NCBI GenBank assembly: GCA_965224195.1
Contig: OZ245040.1
Coordinates: forward strand, 384,001 to 448,000
Length of the DNA: 64,000 nt
Direction: 5' to 3'
Source of the DNA: Nitrosopumilus sp.
GTDB lineage: Archaea > Thermoproteota > Nitrososphaeria > Nitrososphaerales > Nitrosopumilaceae
Shown: in pieces, positions 20,444-31,161 of the stretch
Numbering within the stretch: position 1 is the stretch's first letter
How the letters are laid out: each line of letters begins with the position of its first letter
Program-made: the position numbers and the translations under genes
The notes under the pieces: generated by a model
The model's database searches: none
What the model was told of the DNA's origin: nothing
Seen by the model: only the letters and a program-made list of their open reading frames with translations

Positions 20444-21529
20444 ATGAGAAAAATGAATAATTCTTTTAACAGTATTACTGATAAATCCATTTTAGTTACT
20501 GGGGGGGCTGGATTTTTAGGTTCACATTTAGTTGACAAAATACTTGATTCAAATTTTAAAAATGATAATTCGAATGTGATTTCTTTTGATAATGAGTTTA
20601 GAGGCTCATTTAGTAAAAATTTAGGATTATCTTTAGAAAAACATTCTAAATTATCAAAAATTAAAGGCGATGTCAGAAATTATGATGACTTTGAAAAATG
20701 TACTAATGACAAGGAAATTGGAACTATTTTTCATTTTGCAGCAATTAATGGTACTCGTTATTTTTATTCAATTCCTGAGACTGTACTGGATGTAAATATT
20801 CGTGGATTAGTAAATGCATTAGAATTTGCTAGAAAAAAGGATGTCAAACATTTTGTTTTTGCATCAACTCCCGAAGCATACGGGGTACCTGAAATTTTTC
20901 CAACTCCTGAGACAACATCATTATCTGTTCCTGACAGTAGTAATCCAAGATGGTCATATGGAGGGAGTAAAATTTTGGGAGAAATTTATTGTTCTGTATA
21001 TTCAAAAAAATATGGAATAAAATGCTCCATTTTGAGATATCATAATGTTTATGGTCCTAGAGATACATATGGACATGTTATTCCAGATTTAGCATATCAG
21101 CTTTTTCAAGGTAAAAAGGAAATTAAAATTCAAGGGACAGGCAAAGAAACTCGTAGTTTTTGTTATGTTGATGATGCAATTGAAGCAACTTCTCAAATCA
21201 TTGAAAAACAAAAAAACCTTCTTGATGTATTTAATATAGGAATGGATAAAGAAACATCAATTTCATCTCTCTTTGAAATTCTTAAAAAAATTCATTTGAA
21301 TTATGAACTATCTAAAAACAAAAAAATTCATGGTGATAAAAATAATCCTCAAATAAATTCAATCTTTAGTGATGAAGCAAAAGGTGGTACACATAGAAGA
21401 CTTCCTGATATTTCAAAATTAGGCAATCTAGGATATTCTCCAAAAATATCATTATTAGAAGGATTAACAAAAACATATCAATGGATGGCTGAAAATCCAG
21501 ACTATTATAGACAAAGTTTCAAGAAATAA
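20444..21529 (+). CDS. NAD-dependent epimerase/dehydratase
   Basis: TGGAGFLG, RWSYGGSK and RSFCYVDD motifs. Confidence 0.88.
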   Translation: MRKMNNSFNSITDKSILVTGGAGFLGSHLVDKILDSNFKNDNSNVISFDNEFRGSFSKNLGLSLEKHSKLSKIKGDVRNYDDFEKCTNDKEIGTIFHFAAINGTRYFYSIPETVLDVNIRGLVNALEFARKKDVKHFVFASTPEAYGVPEIFPTPETTSLSVPDSSNPRWSYGGSKILGEIYCSVYSKKYGIKCSILRYHNVYGPRDTYGHVIPDLAYQLFQGKKEIKIQGTGKETRSFCYVDDAIEATSQIIEKQKNLLDVFNIGMDKETSISSLFEILKKIHLNYELSKNKKIHGDKNNPQINSIFSDEAKGGTHRRLPDISKLGNLGYSPKISLLEGLTKTYQWMAENPDYYRQSFKK

Positions 21530-21569
21530 TAATTAATTTTTATTTTTTAAAATAATTTTTTTTAATAAT

Positions 21570-23066
21570 TTATTTTGTTTTAAAAATTTTATTAATAACA
21601 GATTGAAAAAGGTTTCTTGTTTTGTTATCTATGATATATGTGACTCCTAAATATGTAAGAAATGAGGGAATTACAAATAGAAGTAAATTAGGTAAGAAAA
21701 CAAAAATACTTTTTTCATAAACCAAAAAATTTTCTGAAAGGAAATAAAATGAACTAAAAACTAAAATTGCTGATATCATATACTTGACAGTACTTTTTTT
21801 ATTAATTTCAGGTTTGAACTCTTTTTGTGCCATAATGTAAAAATATACGGAAAATGGAATTTCCATAATCAGATACAGTAAGGCCCACCAAAAAATTAGA
21901 TCAATTTCAGATGAATCATTATTTACTAAAATTACCAATAAAATTACCAGAATTCCAATATAGATAGATCGCTTAATCAAACCTAATGTGGGCAAATAAA
22001 ATAATTTACTTCGCAAATAATCCTTGGTACTTGCATTTCTGTCTGTATCGACTTTTTCAATACCCTTTAAAGAACCGTTAAGTAGTTTTGTAAATCCTGC
22101 TATGAAACCAGCTAACACTAGAAGAATTACTACTGGATTAGCTGAAATGTATATAGGATTTAGAGCAAATAATCCTGCCTTTGAAAATACTATTGAAAGT
22201 GCTCCAAGAGGAAATGCAAAATAAAAAAACTTAAGCATACTTTCTTGGAAAAATTCTTTTCTACCACCCTCCAAAAGTTTTGGATACACAGCTTTGTTTA
22301 TTCGACTTGAGTGACTTACAATGGATGCAACTGATTTAGAAACTACCCAATAAGAAAGACCAAATGCTGAACCTGTAATTATTGTAAATATGATGACATC
22401 ACTTTCGTAAATAATTTTGGATAATCTTGGATATGTTGGTAACCATGAGTGACGTAGCCACCATTTTACCATACTTATATCAAAAACACCTAAAATTTTT
22501 TCACGGTTTTTTATTAATAAAAATATAGTACTTACAAAAAGTGATGCTACTACTGCTAGTATAACTCCATGAATTCCCATTTGAAAAAAATAAACAAACA
22601 AAAATACAAATGGGATTTTTGTTAATTCACTTACTAAGAAACCATAATCTCCATTCTGTGGTTTATGACCTAAACTTATTGCCATTAAAACATTCCAAAT
22701 AAACTGTAATGGAATTAATAAAACACCAAAGAACAAAATTGCAATATCTTCGTTAGTAACAGAACCTATTGCAAATGATATGGTGAGAAAAATCGCTATT
22801 CCTATCCCTGAAATCATACCTGAAGTAATAAATGCCGTTTTTCCGGTTTCTAACCCTCTCGCAATTTCTCGAGTTGTCCAATATGCAACCGTTGGTTGTA
22901 AAATAGCTGAATACCCAATCAAAGATCCTAAAAGAGACCATGTTCCTAAATCATTTTGTGTTAATTCACGTGTAACTACTAATGTAAAAATAAGACCCGT
23001 AATAACACTGACTAAACCAATTACTAGTGATATTAATCCTGAATATGTTACTCTGATTTTAGACAT
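21570..23066 (-). CDS. Polysaccharide flippase-like (MOP/Wzx) membrane protein
   Basis: About 12-14 hydrophobic segments, 498 aa, inside the glycan island. Confidence 0.7.
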   Translation of the reverse strand: MSKIRVTYSGLISLVIGLVSVITGLIFTLVVTRELTQNDLGTWSLLGSLIGYSAILQPTVAYWTTREIARGLETGKTAFITSGMISGIGIAIFLTISFAIGSVTNEDIAILFFGVLLIPLQFIWNVLMAISLGHKPQNGDYGFLVSELTKIPFVFLFVYFFQMGIHGVILAVVASLFVSTIFLLIKNREKILGVFDISMVKWWLRHSWLPTYPRLSKIIYESDVIIFTIITGSAFGLSYWVVSKSVASIVSHSSRINKAVYPKLLEGGRKEFFQESMLKFFYFAFPLGALSIVFSKAGLFALNPIYISANPVVILLVLAGFIAGFTKLLNGSLKGIEKVDTDRNASTKDYLRSKLFYLPTLGLIKRSIYIGILVILLVILVNNDSSEIDLIFWWALLYLIMEIPFSVYFYIMAQKEFKPEINKKSTVKYMISAILVFSSFYFLSENFLVYEKSIFVFLPNLLLFVIPSFLTYLGVTYIIDNKTRNLFQSVINKIFKTK

Positions 23067-23227
23067 TCATTATCCTCAAGTTTTTTACCTATGTTATTGT
23101 ATTCTTTGGATGTTAAATTATATGACTTTCTACTAAATGTTTCCTTATAATATTTCAAAATCCTAAAAATGAGCATTTCTTTATTCTTTAGATGAATTAT
23201 TTTGAGACTTTTTAAAATTTATTTCGT

Positions 23228-23911
23228 TTAAATTTTTTGAACCTGTACAAAGTTTATTTTCAATGTACCTTCAGGCTTGCTAAATTTATCTTGGATTGGA
23301 AGAATTTTTACATTATAGATTGATTTGTCTAACTTATTCACAAGATTTTGACATCCTGCATCTTTCCTTTGTCCCCATTTACCTGACCAGAAATCATCAA
23401 AAATCACAATTGTATTTTTATCCATCACTTTTTGTGTATATTTCCAATCATTTTCAATAGTCTCAATACTATGACCACCATCAATAAACACTAAATCCAT
23501 TTTAGGTAGTTTTGAAATTACACTTGGCATTGTCTGTTCTGTGAATCCTGAAAAAAGTTTTACTTTAGCATCTGTTATGTCCAATTTTTTTTGAAGATCT
23601 TTAAGTGTCAATGGTTGTTTTGATACTTCTTTTTTAAAAATTTCTTTATTCATCATCTCAAAAATATCAAAACCAAAATACTCTACTTGATATGCTTTAT
23701 GAAATTTTTGAGCAATTCTTATCATCTCTAAAGCCCGAATACCTTTAGCCGTTCCAATTTCCATGATTTTTTTACATTTGTATTTTTCAATTATTTCAAA
23801 AATTTGATCATATTTCAATGCACGTTCTACTCCTTTCATTTTTTCCAAATTTCTTAAAAATGGAAATTTTTTTGCCATATTTTTATAAATTTTATTACGT
23901 AATTTTCTCAT
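23228..23911 (-). CDS. Class I SAM methyltransferase (Methyltransf_24-like)
   Basis: MEIGTAKG, DLVFIDGGHS and IFDD motifs. Confidence 0.85.
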   Translation of the reverse strand: MRKLRNKIYKNMAKKFPFLRNLEKMKGVERALKYDQIFEIIEKYKCKKIMEIGTAKGIRALEMIRIAQKFHKAYQVEYFGFDIFEMMNKEIFKKEVSKQPLTLKDLQKKLDITDAKVKLFSGFTEQTMPSVISKLPKMDLVFIDGGHSIETIENDWKYTQKVMDKNTIVIFDDFWSGKWGQRKDAGCQNLVNKLDKSIYNVKILPIQDKFSKPEGTLKINFVQVQKI

Positions 23912-24980
23912 ATACCTTCACATATTCTACTATAATTTTTGAGAGATCATGTTTTTTTGCCCACTGATAATTTTTTGAACTCATTTCTTCCCACAATTTT
24001 TCATTTGAAAGAATCTTAATTAATGCATTACTTGTTTTTTTGATGTTTTCTTGAGGTACAAGTAATCCATTTTCACCATCAATTATTGCATCTTCGATTC
24101 CATTCCCTAAAGTTCCGATAACTGGAGTACCACAGGCAGCAGCTTCTAAAAATACTAATCCAAACCCTTCAAAATTGTGTTCATGATTAATTGATGTTAG
24201 AATAAAAATTTTTGCTTCCATGAACATTTTATTTAATTCATTCCTTTCAACCCCTTCTAAAAATTCTACATCCTTTTCTACATTATATTCTTCAGCTAAT
24301 TTTTTTAATTGATTATAATATTTTGAGTTTTTTTGACTTCCAACAATTTTGTATTTTAGTTTAGGAATTTCTTTTTTTGCTAAAGCAAATGCTGGAATTG
24401 AAATATGATACCCTTTTCTTGATTTTAAAGCACCAACTCCAAGAATAAACTCATTTTCTGTTTTTAAATGAGAAAAACTTAATTTTTCAATATTAATCCC
24501 TGGATGAATCACTTCTATCTGTTTTTTTGAAACTTTTTTCAAAATTTCATTTTTTGTATATTTGCTTAATGTAACAATGCAATCTGCTTTTTTGTATGCT
24601 TTTTTTATTAGAATACCTACAATCCCTCTCCTGTATAATGGGGCTACTGCAAAAGTTCCCATACCAGTAATTACAAGTTTCTTTTTTTGTATTGAACTAA
24701 TTATATATCCAATAATTCCAAAAGGATATCCGTCTAAACAATGAATTATATCACAATCTTTGGAATACTTTAGAGCTTTTAATGATGATGTAATTATTGA
24801 CACTAGACCCTTACCTTTAATGATGTGATGTCCTTCAAATCCATCATTAGATTGTTTTAAAACCACAACTTCGTGGCCTTTATCTTTCATCCCTTTTACA
24901 ATATCTGATGAAATTCTCCCCCACCCATCTTTTGAATCCATGTTGGGGACAATGTAACAAATTTTAAATTTCTTAGACAT
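23895..24980 (-). CDS. GT4 glycosyltransferase
   Basis: GALKSRKG and EGFGLVFLEAAA motifs. Confidence 0.9.
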   Translation of the reverse strand: MSKKFKICYIVPNMDSKDGWGRISSDIVKGMKDKGHEVVVLKQSNDGFEGHHIIKGKGLVSIITSSLKALKYSKDCDIIHCLDGYPFGIIGYIISSIQKKKLVITGMGTFAVAPLYRRGIVGILIKKAYKKADCIVTLSKYTKNEILKKVSKKQIEVIHPGINIEKLSFSHLKTENEFILGVGALKSRKGYHISIPAFALAKKEIPKLKYKIVGSQKNSKYYNQLKKLAEEYNVEKDVEFLEGVERNELNKMFMEAKIFILTSINHEHNFEGFGLVFLEAAACGTPVIGTLGNGIEDAIIDGENGLLVPQENIKKTSNALIKILSNEKLWEEMSSKNYQWAKKHDLSKIIVEYVKVYEKIT

Positions 24981-25220
24981 TTCTTAGACAATTATAATTA
25001 AAACTTCAATAGAATAAGATTCTCTAAATACATTTATCCTTAAAATATTTTCTTTCATTTTTCTAATTTTTGAATTTTGAAGTTATATTTCAATCATACT
25101 CATTTTTCAATCATTCTATTTTGAATGCAAAATTGACTGTTAAGAAAATTTGTAGTAAATGGGCAATTTGTAGAAGATTAGTTGTCTATAGTGCTTTTAT
25201 TATGCTTTTCTTAGATTATT

Positions 25221-26720
25221 TTGTTGACAAATATCTTAATGCTATTGACTGATCGTCCAACCATGATTGGAATTTCAAAATATTTTTCAAATCATTTTGA
25301 AACTTTTGCAATTATCAATGCTCAAAATTTAAAGACTTTTTACAAAAAACAAGATTGGGCAAATTTTAAAAAAATTTGGTTTTTTAAAAATGTTCTAAAT
25401 GTAAGTAACACACAACCTGATTTAGAATATCTTCAAAATTTTGAAAAAAAATTTAATGTAAATCTAAGACTCATTGCTTCAACTGAAAGAAGATTTATTC
25501 CAGAATATAACCCGTTTACTATTTTTTCAAAACAAGAAATTGATTCTTTACTTGAACAATCATGTAGATTTTTTGAAAATATTTTAGAATATTCAAAACC
25601 TTCATATTTAATTTTACAAATGGGTACAGGATTTTATCACACTCTTTTAGTTGAAATGTGTAAATCTCTAAAAATTAGAGTTTTAACATTACAAGTACAT
25701 AAACTTAGTAATCTTGCATACATTGCATCTGATATTGATCATGATTTACTTGAAAAAAAATTCAAAGAGTTTTCATCACCAAAACTTTATGATTTCAATG
25801 AATTACCAAAAAAACTAGAACAATTAAAAGAAAAAAAAATTGAATATGTTTTTGAACAAAAAGTTCCCTTTTCTGATAAAATCAATTCATTTCTAAAATT
25901 TCTATCAAAAGATTTTTCAGAATTTAATCATATATATTATAATTATGGAATTACAAAATTTAAATTACTTACAACAAATAGCAAAAAATATAATTTACTA
26001 GTTAAAAAATATAGAGAAAATTTTCTTAAACATTTTCATAAAAAAATCCATGATGAAAATTTTGTCTATTTCCCTTTACATGTTCAACCTGAAAGAACTA
26101 CACTTCTTGGTGCACCATTCATAAATGATCAATTGGAATTAATTTCAAATATTTCAAAATCATTACCATCTAACTATATTCTTTATGTGAAAGAACACCC
26201 TGCTATGGTTGTATATAATTGGAGAAATCTGAATTTTTATAAAAAAATTTCTTCACTCCCAAATACAAAATTGATTTATACGTCTGTAGATTCAAAAGAA
26301 ATTATTAAAAAAGCAAAATTAGTAATCACCATTACTGGTTCTGCAAGTTTAGAATCCCTTTTTTATGGTGTTCCATCTATAATTTTTTCAGATATTGTTT
26401 CCCCATGTCCTTCATCTGTTACTCGCATTAATGAGATTGAATCATTACCACAAAAAATTAAAAATGCATTAAAAACTAGAGTTGATTCAAAAGAAATTTC
26501 AAAATATTATTATTTCTTACAAGAACAACTAATTCATCTCCCACTGGATGAAATAATGAATGATTTTCGTAGTACTTTCCCGTATAAAGGATTCATGGAT
26601 AATTCAGATTTTGAACCAAATGGTGTGACACAATTTTTAAAAAAACATGAACATAATTTTGATTTATTAGCTTTAGAATTTAATAAAAAAATTCAAGAAG
26701 CCAAATCTTATCATGATTGA
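25221..26720 (+). CDS. Capsule-biosynthesis (KpsS-like) putative ulosonic acid transferase
   Basis: YFPLHVQPE, VKEHP and TITGSASLES motifs typical of Capsule_synth-type proteins; directly upstream of neuB. Confidence 0.7.
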   Translation: MLTNILMLLTDRPTMIGISKYFSNHFETFAIINAQNLKTFYKKQDWANFKKIWFFKNVLNVSNTQPDLEYLQNFEKKFNVNLRLIASTERRFIPEYNPFTIFSKQEIDSLLEQSCRFFENILEYSKPSYLILQMGTGFYHTLLVEMCKSLKIRVLTLQVHKLSNLAYIASDIDHDLLEKKFKEFSSPKLYDFNELPKKLEQLKEKKIEYVFEQKVPFSDKINSFLKFLSKDFSEFNHIYYNYGITKFKLLTTNSKKYNLLVKKYRENFLKHFHKKIHDENFVYFPLHVQPERTTLLGAPFINDQLELISNISKSLPSNYILYVKEHPAMVVYNWRNLNFYKKISSLPNTKLIYTSVDSKEIIKKAKLVITITGSASLESLFYGVPSIIFSDIVSPCPSSVTRINEIESLPQKIKNALKTRVDSKEISKYYYFLQEQLIHLPLDEIMNDFRSTFPYKGFMDNSDFEPNGVTQFLKKHEHNFDLLALEFNKKIQEAKSYHD

Positions 26721-26795
26721 TGATTTTTTATTTAATCAATTTTTTTTCACAATAACTTATTAAATTGCTTTATTCTAACAAAAGATGAAATATCC

Positions 26796-27626
26796 TTGGT
26801 ATTCATAGTTGCTGAAATTGGAATCAATCATAACGGAGATCTGAATATAGCTAAAAAATTAATTGATATGGCTGTAGAATGTGGATGTGACGCTGTAAAA
26901 TTTCAAAAAAGAACTATTGAAAAAGTATACCCAAAAGAAACTTTGGATGGAATTAGAGAAAGTCCATGGGGAACAACTTTTAGAGAACAAAAAGAAGGAT
27001 TAGAATTTTCAATGAATGATTTTAAAAAATTAGATAAATATTGTAAGAAAAAAATTCCCTGGTATGTATCATGTTGGGATGTTGAAAGTCAAATTGCTAT
27101 GAGGAAATTTAAAACTAGTTATAACAAAATTGCATCAGCTATGTTAATTCATGAAAAATTATTAAAAACTGTTGCTGAGGAAAAAAAATACACCTTTATC
27201 TCTACTGGCATGAGTACGATGGAACAAATTTCTAAAGCCGTAAAAATTTTTAAATCTTTCAAATGTCCTTTTGAATTAATGCATTCTCATAGTGCATATC
27301 CGATGTCTATGGATGAAGCAAATCTTCAACTAATTCAAATCTTAAAAAAGAAATTCAAATGTAATGTAGGTTATAGTGGTCATGAAATAGCTTCTTATCT
27401 TGTTACAATTCCTGCAGTGGTTTTGGGAGCTACATCAATAGAGCGACATATTACATTAGATCGAAGTATGTATGGCTCAGATCAAGCTGCATCTTTGGAA
27501 CGTAGTGGTTTTAAAAGAATGGTTAGAGACGTTAGAGCAATAGAGAAAATTTTAGGCGATGGAAAAAAACGAATCTGGGATTCTGAAAAACCTGCTCAAA
27601 AGAAACTTAGACAGGTGTTAGCTTAA
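26796..27626 (+). CDS. neuB: N-acetylneuraminate synthase family protein lacking the C-terminal SAF domain
   Basis: AEIGINHNG, VKFQKR, GYSGHE and ERHITLDR motifs; only 276 aa. Confidence 0.9.
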   Translation: MVFIVAEIGINHNGDLNIAKKLIDMAVECGCDAVKFQKRTIEKVYPKETLDGIRESPWGTTFREQKEGLEFSMNDFKKLDKYCKKKIPWYVSCWDVESQIAMRKFKTSYNKIASAMLIHEKLLKTVAEEKKYTFISTGMSTMEQISKAVKIFKSFKCPFELMHSHSAYPMSMDEANLQLIQILKKKFKCNVGYSGHEIASYLVTIPAVVLGATSIERHITLDRSMYGSDQAASLERSGFKRMVRDVRAIEKILGDGKKRIWDSEKPAQKKLRQVLA

Positions 27627-27628
27627 TT

Positions 27629-28204
27629 TTGAATGAAGAAATAGAAAATTATATTCATTCCAGTAGTGATGAAATAAAAAAAATTATAGAATTAATTCCT
27701 TCGATAAATGATTCTATTAATGCAATTATTAATTCTATCAAAAATAAAAATAAAATAGTTATTTTTGGAAACGGTGGAAGTGCAGCTGATGCCCAACATT
27801 TTGCGGCTGAATTAATTGGTCGTTATAAAATTGAACGAGAAAGTTTACCTGCTTTAGCATTAACTACTGATACAAGCATTTTAACAAGCATTTCAAATGA
27901 TTATTCTTTTGAAGTAGTTTTTAGTCGTCAATGTGAAAGTTTAATTTTAGAAAATGATATAGCCATTGGAATTTCTACTAGTGGAAATTCCAAAAATATT
28001 TTTGAAGGTCTAAAAACAGCTAAAACAAAAGGAGCCAAAACTGTAGCATTATTAGGAAATAGTGGTGGAATTATCAAAACAATTTCTGATATTTCTATAA
28101 TTGTTGATTCCTCGATTACTGCTACCATCCAAGAATCTCATAGAATTATTATTCATATAATCTGTGAAATTGTTGAGAAAGAATTTTCAACAATTAAAAA
28201 TTAG
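27629..28204 (+). CDS. gmhA: Phosphoheptose isomerase (SIS)
   Basis: GNGGSAADAQHFAAE, ISTSGNS and IQE.H motifs. Confidence 0.9.
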   Translation: MNEEIENYIHSSSDEIKKIIELIPSINDSINAIINSIKNKNKIVIFGNGGSAADAQHFAAELIGRYKIERESLPALALTTDTSILTSISNDYSFEVVFSRQCESLILENDIAIGISTSGNSKNIFEGLKTAKTKGAKTVALLGNSGGIIKTISDISIIVDSSITATIQESHRIIIHIICEIVEKEFSTIKN

Positions 28205-28722
28205 TAAAAATTCTTTTGTAATGGAAATTGTGATTGTAATATCAAATCTGCCACTTCTCTTAGAACTCCTTCTCCACCACTTTTCTTACACACATAATGT
28301 GAATTCTTTTTAAGAATTGATATTGCATCATTTGGTGCTGCAGAAAAACCAACAAGTTTAATTAAATTCAAGTCATTTACATCATCCCCGATGTATGCTA
28401 ATTGTGATATTGAAACTTTGAATTTTTTACATATTTCTTGTATGATATCTTCCTTTTTCTGTATTCCCGAATAAAGTTTGGTTATTTTCATTTTTGAAGC
28501 CCATTTTTTGACTGCAGGATGATTTTCTTTTGTAATTATTAAACATAAAATCCCTTTTTTCCTTAATAAATTAACTCCCATCCCATCTCTAGCATGAAAT
28601 TTTTTCATAATGTCCCAATCTTTAGAATAATACATCCCTCCATCGGTGAGTACACCATCGACATCAGTCATTAGGATTTTAATTTTTTGACACTTTTTTT
28701 TATTTTCAATTAAATTTATCAA
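28201..28722 (-). CDS. KdsC-family HAD phosphatase (Kdo8P/Kdn9P type)
   Basis: DVDGVLTDG, GDDVND and GGEGVLRE motifs. Confidence 0.9.
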   Translation of the reverse strand: MINLIENKKKCQKIKILMTDVDGVLTDGGMYYSKDWDIMKKFHARDGMGVNLLRKKGILCLIITKENHPAVKKWASKMKITKLYSGIQKKEDIIQEICKKFKVSISQLAYIGDDVNDLNLIKLVGFSAAPNDAISILKKNSHYVCKKSGGEGVLREVADLILQSQFPLQKNFY

Positions 28723-28725
28723 ATT

Positions 28726-29397
28726 TTACCTCTTTAGAATTTGTTCAATTAATAATACATCATTTAAAGAATCTATCTGCATTGATAAAAACTCCGGCAT
28801 CTCATACATTCCTATTTTTCCAGATAATCTGCACTTGTTTTTTTGAAATGAATTATATGTAAAAACAAAAATTGCCCCATTTTCGATAAACTGATCATTC
28901 ATTTGTTGTCGATTTGGTCTATTATTTGGTTTATAATTTATTGGGATAGTTTTATTTTTTATAACTTTCCAAAAAAGATTATGTGACTTATATCCACTAA
29001 ATAATGAATCTAATTTTTGTTTTTTAAATAATTTAATTGACTCATCAATATGTTTTGAATTTCTTAATGGAGATGTATTTTGTAATAAAACTATAATGTC
29101 TGGTTTATATCTTTGATTTTTTTCTAATTCTTTTAAAACATGTTCTATGGTGGGTTCAATTCTGATTTTGTTTCCAGATAAATTATTTGGTCGTTTGATC
29201 ACTTCGGCTTTAAGCTTTTTTGCTATATTTGCAATTTTATTATCATTTGTGGAAACTATTGTTTTTGTAATATGTTTTGAATTTAATGATGCAGTAACTG
29301 TGTAATCTAAAAGATATTTTTTATTTATTTTAATGATGTTTTTCATTGGAATTTCTGTTGAACCTCCTCTTGCTGGAATTATGGATAATATCTTCAT
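28726..29397 (-). CDS. neuA: Acylneuraminate cytidylyltransferase
   Basis: IPARGGS..IPMKN, LQNTSPLR and ENGAI motifs. Confidence 0.88.
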   Translation of the reverse strand: MKILSIIPARGGSTEIPMKNIIKINKKYLLDYTVTASLNSKHITKTIVSTNDNKIANIAKKLKAEVIKRPNNLSGNKIRIEPTIEHVLKELEKNQRYKPDIIVLLQNTSPLRNSKHIDESIKLFKKQKLDSLFSGYKSHNLFWKVIKNKTIPINYKPNNRPNRQQMNDQFIENGAIFVFTYNSFQKNKCRLSGKIGMYEMPEFLSMQIDSLNDVLLIEQILKR

Positions 29398-30188
29398 GTT
29401 ATGCTCTTTTTTTTAAATATATAAATTCCAATTGCTCCTGAATGTTTTTTTTCTAATTCTAATGGCAATGCATATTTTTCAAGCCATGTTAAAAATGATT
29501 TTATCTTTAAATCTGAAACAGATAATTTCATATCTTTAAATACATTAGGAAGTCTATTATGCAAATCTTTCAAAAATATATCCCCTTGTGCCCAAGATTG
29601 TTCAACTGTTCTCCAATTTATTGTCATTTTCATTTTTTTCGCATAATCTTGAAAATTAATTGGAGTCAAATAATGCAAATCAGCTAAAGTAATTGGTGCA
29701 TCAAAAAGATATAGTAATGTCATCAAAATGTAACCTCGCGGATTTATCCAATTGGGCGATGTAATGATGATTTTTCCATTTTTCTTTAAAAGTGATTTTA
29801 AAAATTTAAGCATTTTTAATGGATCATTCATATGTTCTAAAGTCCCAATTGACACAATTACATCAAAATCATCTTTAATTTTATTGACGTCAATACATTG
29901 ATATTCTAAATTTTTTAATTTGTATTTTTTTTTGGCAATTTCAATTGCTTCATTAGAATAATCAATTGCAAAAACATTTGCTCCTTTTTTTGCAGCTTTA
30001 AATGCAAAGTTTCCTGTTCCACATCCTACTTCTAGTACTTTTTTAGATTTCCAATTTATTTCAGATAACACTTCCTCTGCTTCAGATGTGGTTTTTTTCT
30101 TTACTTTAAAACTTGTAAAATGTTTTTCTTCTCCTTTTTTATAAATTTGATTATAAATTTTTTTTAAATTTTCATTTTTTTGTTTCAT
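29394..30188 (-). CDS. Class I SAM methyltransferase
   Basis: VLEVGCGTG and LEH motifs; overlaps the neuA start. Confidence 0.85.
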   Translation of the reverse strand: MKQKNENLKKIYNQIYKKGEEKHFTSFKVKKKTTSEAEEVLSEINWKSKKVLEVGCGTGNFAFKAAKKGANVFAIDYSNEAIEIAKKKYKLKNLEYQCIDVNKIKDDFDVIVSIGTLEHMNDPLKMLKFLKSLLKKNGKIIITSPNWINPRGYILMTLLYLFDAPITLADLHYLTPINFQDYAKKMKMTINWRTVEQSWAQGDIFLKDLHNRLPNVFKDMKLSVSDLKIKSFLTWLEKYALPLELEKKHSGAIGIYIFKKKSIT

Positions 30189-30254
30189 TATTACTCTTAA
30201 CTCTAAATTGAATCTATGACTTTATTTATAAACTAATTCTTCTAATTAAACAAG

Positions 30255-31121
30255 TTGTCTTCATCTCAAAGTTTTAGAAAAAATTTTCATAGATGGTTAC
30301 TTAATCATCCTAGGTTCAATCCCTATTGGTATTTTACTCCTGGCTTTTCTCGTGTTATTTCAGCACCTTTTAGAACATTACCTAATTTTTTAATTATTGG
30401 TACTCAAAAATCAGGTTCAAGCTCTCTATATGATTACATGATTCAGCATTCAGAAATTCATTCTGCAATTATGAAAGAAACTGATTATTTCTTGGGACGA
30501 ATGCCATTTTATCGATCTAATTTTCCATCAAAAATTAGTAAATTTCTTTCAAAAACAAAAAATCAAAATTTTGTAACTGGTGAAGCTTCTGTAAGATACT
30601 TTTATCATCCTGAAGTAATCTCAAAAATTCAAAAAATCATTCCTTCAACAAAACTGATTTCAATTTTTAGAAATCCTATCGATAGATCTTTTTCTCAATT
30701 TAACCGTCTTGTTAATGTTGGAAGGGAAAATAGGACTTTTGATGAAGCAGTTAAACAAGAAATTGAACAAATTCAAAAAAATAAAAATCAAAAAAATTTT
30801 TTCTCAAAAACATCTGATTTCTCATATCTTACTAGAGGAATTTATGTAGAACATTTAAAAAAATGGACTAGTCATTTTCCAAAATCACAATTTTTGATAT
30901 TAGATACTAATGATCTTAATAATAACCCACAAGAGGTTTTAAACAAAATATTTGATTTTGTGAATGTTTCTAGAGAACAAATCCAAATAAAACACAGACG
31001 TAGAGTTGGAAGTTATAAGAAAATGAATCCAAATACTAGAAATCTATTATTAGATTTTTTTAGAACATATAATGAAGAATTAAATGATTCTTTCAATATT
31101 GACTTTAATTGGGATGAGTAA
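30255..31121 (+). CDS. PAPS-dependent sulfotransferase
   Basis: 5'-PSB PNFLIIGTQKSGSSSL and 3'-PB RNPIDRSFS. Confidence 0.88.
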   Translation: MSSSQSFRKNFHRWLLNHPRFNPYWYFTPGFSRVISAPFRTLPNFLIIGTQKSGSSSLYDYMIQHSEIHSAIMKETDYFLGRMPFYRSNFPSKISKFLSKTKNQNFVTGEASVRYFYHPEVISKIQKIIPSTKLISIFRNPIDRSFSQFNRLVNVGRENRTFDEAVKQEIEQIQKNKNQKNFFSKTSDFSYLTRGIYVEHLKKWTSHFPKSQFLILDTNDLNNNPQEVLNKIFDFVNVSREQIQIKHRRRVGSYKKMNPNTRNLLLDFFRTYNEELNDSFNIDFNWDE

Positions 31122-31161
31122 GCAACAATAATTATAAATGAACATGGTTTGATTTTTTAAT

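Noticed and set aside
10873-20507. G tracts (G7 at 10873, G6 at 18028, G7 at 20501) as phase-variation switches in glycan genes
   Set aside because: Short, all genes are in frame, and they are explained by Pro-Pro or Gly-Gly codons; no support without read data
25070-25252. 60-aa ORF upstream of the KpsS-like gene
   Set aside because: Lies in an AT-rich divergent promoter region, has a TTG start and no motif, and overlaps the next gene
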